Source: Lama glama (Eukaryota). Taken from it: a DNA stretch of 64,000 nucleotides. Below, piece after piece: positions 54,613 through 64,000 of the stretch (position 1 is the first letter of the stretch; each line of letters opens with the position of its first letter). The position numbers and the translations under genes are program-made. The DNA is taken from NCBI GenBank assembly GCA_028534125.1, contig CM052816.1:66094001-66158000 (forward strand), given 5' to 3'. Below the pieces are notes generated by a model that was not told where the DNA came from, made no database searches, and saw only the letters and a program-made list of their open reading frames with translations.

Positions 54613-57433
54613 TAAAACCCAATCTTAAAGGTCCCCCCCCACAACATGATTGCCCCATGCTATCTCTCCTCTCTCTCTCTCCTCCTCCTCTAGGATTCTA
54701 GTCCAGTGTTTCTTCACATCTAAACTGATCTTGGCTCTGCCTTTCTTAATTCTTCTTCTGGGCCTTTTGTCTTTTTATCATCAAAGCAAATGCAGCAGGG
54801 CATCAGGAGCAAAAGGTCTTCCCATACAAGGCTGGCGGGGGAAATACTGAATCAGCAATGATTTGAGTCTATATCACACTCCCTCCAGAACCTGGAAATC
54901 TTTTCTTCCTTAATACACTAAAAAGTGAATCTTTAACACTGAAATTCTAGGTACTAAGGTGGGGGAGGGGGCAGGGCCAGCAGTGCGGGGAGGGAGCAAG
55001 TGGAGAGTTTGGTAGAGAAGAGGGTTACCCGTCTCCTTCCAGGATAGCTGTGGTGCATGCGTGGCGATGGCTCCGCCCTTTATGGAAGTTTCTGCCCTAG
55101 CTCCCTGCCTTCCTCCACCTTGGGCACAGGGCTGACTCCAAGCTCCCAGCTTCAGGCTGGGCTGTGTGCCTGGAGAGACCCAAGCTGGTGTTAGATGTAA
55201 CAGCTGTGACGGCGCCATCAGGCTAGGCTGTCACCATAGGTCAACATCTCCCCCAAATATCCTATTTTAATTGTGTTTAATTTCAGTTGAAGGCGACACA
55301 AGTGAATCACTGAAAAGTTACACTTTTAGCTCTTTGTTACAGCCCCAAGGAGGTAAATCCCCGAAAGTGAATTTTCTCTGCTTACTTAGAAGTCAAATTG
55401 GCCACAGAATTTCAAGACAGTTCCACTCCTACGCGTCCTGCCATGAGTTTGTAAATCCTCAGATTGTTCAAAAGGCTCAGTGTCTTTGGTTCTGATTTTC
55501 TGCTTTGAGATAGTGGGCTGGGCTGGGGAGAAAGGGGAGTTAAGTGGGTGGGGAAGATGGGAGACAGGTTCGTAGTCGTGAGTACGGGTGTCACCAGCCC
55601 CCAAACTCACCTCAGCACTGTGAAGTCTCAACTCAAAGCTGGAAGGGTTCACACCCAGGACACTGAGCCTTCCTCCGAGACATACTTATGAGTTTATACT
55701 TGACTAGCAAGCTTGGGAAAGGCAGCCTGGCCCTCCGGTGAGAGTATGGGGTCAGGGGAAATGGTTATAAAATGCGGCAAAGAATGCAGTTTGCCGGTGG
55801 TTCTTCCTGTTCACAGAAGTTATTTCTATAGCGTGCCCTTTTCTTTTCATCCTAACTCATTTCAGTTGGGAAAGCTTTTGTTCCTGTCTCAGTGATGGGA
55901 TCTCACAGGAGGATCTTATCCTAAATTGCTGATTTGTGTTCACATCCATAACCTCCAGCTTCCTTCGTTTGTCTCCGAAAGGCTTTCCTGAAAGCAGACG
56001 TTAATACTGAGGTGAGCTGGCCAGTGACCAGTTAAAAGACCTTTCACACCTAGATGGGCTAGTAAGCCAGAGAAGGGCTGGACAAGCAGTCCCTGGAGCT
56101 TAGAAGCAGTTACAGCTACGGATCTCTCCAGGCTGCGGGAACCACAGCCAGGGTCTCCTAGGCAGCCCTCTAGACACGCAGCCAAGGCCACCCTGGCTCT
56201 GCGACGTCAGTGCGCCCATCACCGTGTCCCCCCGCGCTTTGGCTTTGCTAATAGCACTGGGGCTGGGCTGCCACCCTCAAGGCCATTGTGCAGATCCAAC
56301 CCTTGCTGGATTTACCTCCAGACCCGCACTTGGAAGACCAGTAACTCTGAAGACAGAGAGTAAAGAGAGTATAACTGAAAACAAAAAACTTTTGCTCCAA
56401 ATGCAACCTTTCTTGTATTTTTTTATAACCCATAAGATTGCCCAAATCATTCCTTTTACAGCCTGCTTAAAATATTATATTTCTAAAAAGATTTAAGGGA
56501 ATACAGACAACATCATTTAGATTATGATCCCCTAAATTGTACTGCCTTGGCCCAAAATAATCTAGCTGGTCAATTTTAGATGCCATCAAAGAGGAGACAC
56601 TGAATCATTGCCTTTGTATGGTCACCTCTAAAAGTAAGGAGGGGAGGGTCCCATATAGAGTAAGTTCAGCCTCTGCATCAGTTAGATGCCTGGCTTGTAA
56701 ATAAAAAGCTCTTTTAGACTTCCAAGCTTCAGTCAGAGGAAAGCTGTATTCTATAGCTAGATATTACCCTAACATCACCAAGTCCTCCCACTAACTTCTG
56801 GTCAGGAGAAGGTGCAGACAGCAAAATGTGGGAGGTTCACCCAACACGTCCTCAAGCCTGGGAAGACAGAATTAACTGAGGAGTGACTGGGGAATCGTCT
56901 CTAAGTAGGGGTGGCATGTCTAGAACACAGCATTTGTGCATAGAAATTGTGTGTTATGTCTCACAGACGCAGTCAGGTCAGTTCCACCTCTAACTAGTAC
57001 CTCATGAACAGCCATCACCACATCTCCTTTTATGGGCTGGCATTTCACACACCATTCATTTAATGTTAGATATTTTTAATTGAAGCAATGAAAAAAAAAA
57101 CAATTTTGCTGACGTCTGACTCAGAGAAAAAGAATGGAAAGCTAAGAATAAGACACAGCTCCAGCTGAAAGAAATCTGAATACCCTCCGTGCTTTTTCTT
57201 CTCCACCTTCATGTCTGAAACCAGGCTGAAAGCTCTCTGCTGTTCAATGAACCGAGTAGTACTATCGACTGCAATTGCTGTCCAGGTGATGTGAGTTCAC
57301 AAGATAAAGACAAAAGCGGTCTGATTCACTGTTCCAGGAAAATGGGAGTGCTCATCTGGTTGAGAGGAGGAAGACATTAACAATTACATTCTAGAAAGTT
57401 CTATGGCCATGAACATCTATCTGTGATGTTCTT

Positions 57434-57815
57434 TTTAAAATTTATTTTTTATTGAAAGAAAGATTCTTTACATTCTATAGTGTACTGCAATTTTCAGAAG
57501 GTTCACCCAGATGATTTCATATAATCCCTTAATAACCCCTTTCCCCCTATACCCTTCAATTGCCCTTCCCTCCTCTTCTTTCCCCACAGGTAACCACTGG
57601 TTTGTTCTCTGTATCTTTGAGACTGCTTCTTTTCTGTTTTATTCACTAGTTGTATTTTTTAGATTCCACGTGTAAGTGATATCATACAGTATTTGTCTTT
57701 CTCTCTGATTTATTTCACTTAGCATAATACCCCCCAAGTTCATCCATGTTGCTGCAAATGGCAGAATTACATTCATTTTATGGCTGAGTAACATTCCATT
57801 GTGTTGGGGTGTGTA

Positions 57816-57866
<51 letters not shown>

Positions 57867-59045
57867 AATCCTAAAGACACTGCCTGAGAACTACTAGAGC
57901 TCATCAGTGGATTCAGTAAAGTTGCAGGATACAAAATTAATATACAGAAATCTGTTGCATTTCTGTACACTAACAATGAAGTATCAGAAAGAGAAATAAC
58001 AGAAACAGTCTCATTTACCATTGCATCAAACAGAATAAAATACCTAGAAGTAAACCTGTCTGAGGAGGTAAAAGATCTATATTTGAAAAACTATGACACT
58101 GATGAAAGAAGTTGAAGCTGACAAACAGATGGAAAGATACTGTGTTCTTAGACTGGAAAGAATTAATATTGTTAAAATGAACATACTACCCAAGGCAATC
58201 TACAGATTCAGTACAATCCCTATCAAAATTCCAATGGCATTTTTCACAGAACTAGAACAAATAATTTAAAAATTTGCATGGAAACACAAGTGATCCTGAA
58301 TAGCCAAAACATCCTGAAAAAGAAGAATAGAGCTGGAGGAATCATGCTCCCTGACTTCAGACTATATCACAAAACTAGAGTTATCAAAAGAGTATGGTAC
58401 TGGCACAAAAACAGACACATAGATCAATGGAACAGGACAGAAAGTCCAGAAATAAACCCATACACTTACAGTCAATTAATCTACAACAAAGGAGACAGCA
58501 TACAATGAAGAAAAGAGTCCTTGCAATAAGTGGTACTGGGAACACTGGACAACTACACATAAAAGACTGAAATTAGAATATTCTCTAACACCATATTCAA
58601 AAATAAACTCAAAATGGATTAAATACCTAAATGTAAAACCAGATACTATAAAACTTCCTAGAGGAAAACAGGCAGAACACTATTTGACATAAATCGCAGC
58701 ACTGTTTTCTTGGATCAGTCTCCTGGAGTCATTGAAATAAAAGCAAAAAATAAACAAATGGGATGGGACCTAATTAAACTAAAAAGTATTTTGCATAGCA
58801 AAGGAAACCATAATCAAAAGGAAAAAACAACCTATAGAATGGGAAAAAGTATTTGCAAGCAATGCGACCGACTTGGGACTAATTTCCAAAATGTACCAAC
58901 AGCTAATAAAAGTCAATATCAAAAAAACAAAAAACCCTATAAAAAATGGGCAGAAAAGCTAAGTAGACATTTTTCCAAAGAGGACATGCAGGTGGCCAAC
59001 AGGCATATGAAAAGATGCTCAGCGGCGCTAATCATTAGGGTAATG
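57434..59045 (-). mobile_element. LINE-1 with 5' inversion (3' end on minus, 57434-57805; ORF2 segment on plus, 57860-59045)
   Basis: ORF 58278-58508(+) [11 protein letters not shown]...[14 protein letters not shown] and ORF 58710-59063(+) are degenerate ORF2p; flanking near-repeat TCTGTGAT(GT)TCTT. Confidence 0.9.
57808..57862 (+). repeat. (TG)n(TA)n microsatellite at the L1 inversion junction
   Basis: Direct reading. Confidence 0.95.
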
Positions 59046-62000
59046 TCTGTGATTCTTGACTGAACTCTTCCTCAGGAAACGTGCCAGGGAGCTGCCATCC
59101 TTCCACGTCAGGCCTGGCCCCAGGGCTCGCGTGAGCCCACAGCAAGCCCACACCGGGATTGCAGGCCAGATGCTCACACGCGGAGCTGCCTGCGCGGAAA
59201 CAGTCAACCAGAGCCTGACAGGCAAAGATGGCTTCTCACATTTACCCTTGGTGCTTCCTGGATCGAAACCTCAGACCCTTTTGGCCTCATTAATAATGAA
59301 GAGGGAAAGAGAGGCTATTCTGCTGAGAAGCTGGATGGTGCTGATGAGTTTTATTTTTACACTCCAGGATTTCTTTTTCCTCCGTCATTCAGGAAAGCTA
59401 TTAGATAACTCCGGAAGATGTCAACGCAAACCTCCTCCCCGTCTCCTGATACTAGAATGGGCAGTTTGAAATAGGCTCCAAGGGATCAACCCCGGGCAGG
59501 GGGCCAAGCTTCCACCCATAACCATGTGATGGCCGGGGGGCAGTGCAGAGGAGAGGAGGGGGCAGTGTGCCTGCAGCAGGGGAGGGGGTGCTGGGAGCGG
59601 AGAAATGAGCTCCCATTAGGACCCTAGCTTAGCAGCTCCTCAGCTCATGGATCTGCGACGCGAAAAGCCTAAATCCCATTTTGAAAGTCAGTGCAGACCC
59701 CCTCACCATATGCATTCTAGATTCTGTGATTTAAAGCCTTGTAATTTACAGAATAACTGTCCCCTAAAATCAGCATGGGGAACTGCAGATTGGGAAGCTG
59801 ATGAAAACCAGGTGATAGAAGCCTCTGGCATGTTAAAATGCTTTGGTAAATTGCTTGAAATATCCCAGAGGCCAAAATATTCTTAACGCCCAGTGCCTTG
59901 TCAGCACACACAGGACACTCACCTTAGTCGGGGATTTTTACGTTTTCTTTCCGAAGAAGGTCAGAGGGTCCTGAGGGTGTGTGAGAGACGTCTGTTTCAG
60001 CACTGTTATGTGAGGTTTCGTTACTGTGGTCCACATTTAACGTATCTAAAACCACAAACATTTCTTAATGACATTGAGCTCTGTATAAATAAGGCACAAA
60101 ACAACAAGAACAAAAATCTTTTTCCCGTCCAGGACTACTTCTCTTCCATCACATCCTGCTGATGGGGTCTGAACACCAGAGCTCTGTACTTCACCCCGAC
60201 CCAATGACCTACATACTGCACACTCAGCCATCCAGGCTTCTGCAGGCGGCAGGTATGTTTCAGCGTCTCTCAATGGGAACGCTGTTGGCATTCTGGGGGA
60301 GGGAGAAGCAGGGGAGGGGAGAGCTGGGGTTGTGCTTGCAGAGGGCTGTCTCTTGCAATGAAGAATGAGTAGTATGTCTGTCCCCCTCCTCCACATTCAG
60401 TGCCAGCGAATCCTACCCCAGTACATATTTCCAAATGGCCCCTTGGGAAAGAGCAATGCGGTTAAGAAACTCCATGTAAAAAGAAGTAAGTGAGTAATGG
60501 AAACTCAAGCCTCTTACATAGCTCAGTATGAAGAGTTGAAGAGCTAGGACACCATGTGACCAGTCTGCACGTGAGCATCTTCCAAAGAGGCATTATTCCA
60601 AGCCCAGGAGTTTTGCATTCCATAGTTTCCCACAAATGATCTTATTTGTGGTCTCAGAGAAAAAAAGACTCAAGTAGATGATCAGAGAGAGGTGGAGATA
60701 CGAGAACATTCAGACCAGAGACTAGGGTGTGTTCCTGGCTCCACAAATGTCTCACAAGACGTTCTGGACTTTCTCCTCTTGAATTCCATAGGCATGTCCA
60801 CAGCCTTAAAATAAATCTCCTCCCCACCCCTGCTTTGTTTTTTGGTTTAAGCTAATTTAAGTTGTTTCAGTTATTTCTAACCAGAAAAAATTAACTCAGA
60901 ACTTATACTTGACAGAATAACTTTTAATGCATGATAAAACAAGCCATAAACACAGAAGGTCATTGAGGAAATGTCATATGTATTGTGCCCAGGTTTGCCT
61001 GGAAGTCTTGGTTGACACAGCTGCTCCCCTTTCCTGTCCAATGTCCCAGTTTGACAATAAATTATATGGTCACCTGAGCCAGAGGATACAAAGTGGACAA
61101 CTAAATTTTGATGAAGAAAGTTGACCTTACCAGAGGGAAGACTTCAGATACAAAGAAGAGGAACTTTTTTTGCCCCCAAGAGTCTCCTTTAGCTGTCAAT
61201 GCACCTGGGCATGGTTCAAGATGAAATATAGCTGGCCCCGAAACAGTCAGGCTGTGGATAAATAAAAAAAGGGAGAGAACAGGGTTACCCTATTCTGGTT
61301 TTCATCCCTGACAAACTCAGATATTAAAATCTGTTCCTGTGACCCATGGAAGTAACTGCTTCTGGTTTGGCAAATGTTTTAGGTTTATAATCTCTTAAGA
61401 GGATTATTGTCTCATCAGAGTGCTCAGATGACCCCATCTAATTTGAGTCCTTTCTAATTGCAAGGGGAACAAAGCAGCAGATGGATTCTTTTATGAGAGA
61501 GCAATGGTAATTTCCAGGAGGTAGTGAAGGTCTTTGTGAAAGTCCAGGGGCCACACTGAAGCAGCACTTGGCAAAAGCCATGGTATCTCCGGCATTGACC
61601 AGCAGGTTGTTTCCCATTTGAGGTCCCTGTTGCTGGGGTAGTGGCCCTATCATACAGAGTCCGAAGTCAGAAATTGCTTTTTAATCTTATTTCATTAATT
61701 TTGAATATGTGGATAGTATTTTGAACACCTAATATCTGATCCTTTTTCTTGTAGTAATTCATTTTATCAGCAAGACTTTATCTAGTGAGTCATGTGGTTG
61801 TGCTCAACATTGGCGCCACGTTGCTCTGATCAAAGAGACCCTTTGACTTTCTGTTCAGTTTTACTCCTTCTTCGCAAAAGGGCTTTTCTACATGTGTGTG
61901 TGAGAGATTTTTCTGTTTTACATTTACATGTCTAGGAAAAGGAAGAAGAAAATAAACTTTGGACTGCTTTCTTCCATTTTAATTTTTAGGGCAATATGTA

Positions 62001-62104
62001 ATTTTAATTAGAAGGGCAATATGTAAATAAATTTATTAAATAATAGGAATAAGATTAACATAACCTGTGTTGTAAATTGCTTGCCATGAGTTTCTGGATA
62101 CCCC

Positions 62105-62456
62105 TGTGATGGTTTATTTTATGTGTCAACTTGGCTGAGCTAAGGGATGTCCAGATACCTGAAAAATATTGCATCTGGGTGTGTCTGTGAGGTTGTTTCT
62201 GGAAGAGATTATTGTGTAAGTTGGGGAACTGAGGAAAGCAGATGGCCCTTGCAACTGTGAGTGGGCATTGGCCAATTTCCTGGTGGCCCTAATAGAACAA
62301 AAATGGGAGGAAGGATGAAGTTCCTCTCTGTTTGAGCTGGGGCATCCGTCTCCTGCCCTCAGACACTGGCACCCCTGGCTCTGGGTAAATCTCCTCTTGT
62401 ATATATCTACCTCTAACCAGTTGGTTCAGTTACTTTGGGAAAACTTGACTAATACA
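62105..62456 (+). mobile_element. MLT2-type ERVL solo LTR
   Basis: TGTGATGGTTTATTTTATGTGTCAACTTGGCTG...CTGGGTGTGTCTGTGAGG...GACTAATACA. Confidence 0.88.
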
Positions 62457-62944
62457 ACCTGTCAAGGAACTCCTACTTACTTTATTTTTCTTTTGAGCTT
62501 TGCATCTTCACAAATAGTAGGACTTCAGTTCTTGACTATTAAGGATCCTTTCTGTTATCTGTGAATTTAATCTTCTGTCTTTCATGTCTGAATTCACAGG
62601 CTACGGGTTTTTTGGCTACATTCAGTACCTTCTCTACTGTCTTTGCCATCTCATTCCCTCCCTCCCATCCAAACCCATTTCCCCTTTGGGCTTTGCTAGA
62701 TTTACAGATCCAGTGCATTGTAATGGATTCACCTATAGAAGGCGCTAAAATAGATCAGTTCATTAATCACATCTGAGGCCACTCTCTACCAAGGCTGGAA
62801 TTCACCTGCTCTTCTTTTCTCCTCAAATGATCTGCCAAGAAAGTAAATGGAAATACTGATATCCAAAGCATAAATCAGCTCTAACACTAACGTGCTGGCC
62901 ATGCAGACTTGCCCCATTGGAATACAGATCTCATCACATGGTCA

Positions 62945-63450
62945 TGTTTTTTTTTTTTCTTCTTCTAGTTTTATTGAACTACAGTTGATATACAGCCTGG
63001 TATAAATTTAAGCATAATGATTTGATTTACATACATAATAAAGTGAGTACCACAGTAAGTTTAGTGAACATCCATCATCTCATAAAGACACAAAATTAAA
63101 GAAATAGAAGAAAAAAATTTTCCTTCTGATGAGAGCTCCTAGGATTTACTCTTTAACAACTTTCATATATAACATCCAGCAGTGGTAATTATATTTATCA
63201 TGTTGTACATCATATCCCTAGTACTTATCTTACAACTGCAAATTTGTACCTTTTGACTGCCTTCATCCAACTTCCCCTCCCCACACCTCTGGTAACCACA
63301 AATCTGGCTTCTTTTTTGATGAGTTTGTTTTCTGTTTTTGAAGTATAATTGACCTACCACACTATGTTACCTTCTAGTACACAATGTAGTAATTTATTAT
63401 TTCTATACATTTCAAACTGTTCACCACATAAGTCTAGTTATGATATGTCT
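62945..63450 (-). mobile_element. 5'-truncated LINE-1 3' end (L1MA-like)
   Basis: Poly-T start, L1 3'UTR text; flanking repeat ACATGGTCA at 62936-62944 and 63451-63459. Confidence 0.85.
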
Positions 63451-64000
63451 ACATGGTCAAATCCTTAAGAGAGGTAAAGTCTAAATATTACTTGGTAAAA
63501 ACCAATTCTAAAAAGTCTCAAAATTCAAACTCAGATCTCCTTTTTATGAGTTGGAAGTCCAAAGACCAAAGTTCTTAAGATAATGTCCAAAAACTAGCTC
63601 TTACTCTGCTCAGTTTTGTCAAAACTCCAGTGCTTTCTGAGTGATGGAGAAAAAAGGGAAAGACTCTTTAATTTTAGTCTTGTTAGGTTGTTGGTCAGTC
63701 ACTGCTAGTTGTGCAGAATCCATGACCTGTGAACTTAAATGCACAGAGGAGAAATGTTTTTGGCATTAGGTGTTGCCTGGTGTTAGAGAGAAAATCTGTC
63801 TGTGTAAACCATCCACTCTGAAGGTGGCATGTGAGCTATCGCTGTCTTCTTTCAGAGTTTAGAAATACGCAGTAGAGGCAGCCCCAACCACCGCTTCTCA
63901 TTTGACTTGCCCTTGCCCATTCAGCGTAAAAAGAATCTCTTAATTGTCATTTTTGCTTTTGAGTCACATGTCCCTATTTCCTCTCTGATCCTCCAACTCC

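Noticed and set aside
38300..64000. A second protein-coding gene or processed pseudogene downstream of PDE4D
   Set aside because: ORFs here are either L1-derived or show no recognisable protein similarity or exon chain

Overview
Mammalian genomic DNA, most likely a camelid, judged from three tRNA-derived SINEs resembling Vic-1. There is a 500-N scaffold gap at 9228-9727. The window holds the 3' part of the cAMP phosphodiesterase gene PDE4D on the + strand. This comprises the unique first exon of the super-short isoform PDE4D6 (MPEANYLLSVSWGYIK, 13962-14009) and nine shared coding exons (19807-31824), all GT-AG and phase-compatible, giving an intact 517-aa protein. A roughly 4.5 kb 3'UTR follows, ending near 36320. 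Upstream exons of the long and short isoforms lie outside the window. The remaining ~27 kb looks intergenic and is rich in L1, L2, MIR, MaLR, ERV LTR and hAT relics. I found no unambiguous new biological system. The best candidates for a second look are: a 53-codon uORF in the PDE4D6 leader; an orphan CpG-rich TATA/ETS promoter-like unit with a mini-intron about 1.5 kb past the PDE4D poly(A) site; an abrupt GC3/CpG rise over the last exons; a long-range complementary pair and a hairpin in the 3'UTR; and two twin-primed L1 insertions. Repeat family names and boundaries are by eye and approximate. Comparisons with human PDE4D are from memory and were not aligned.
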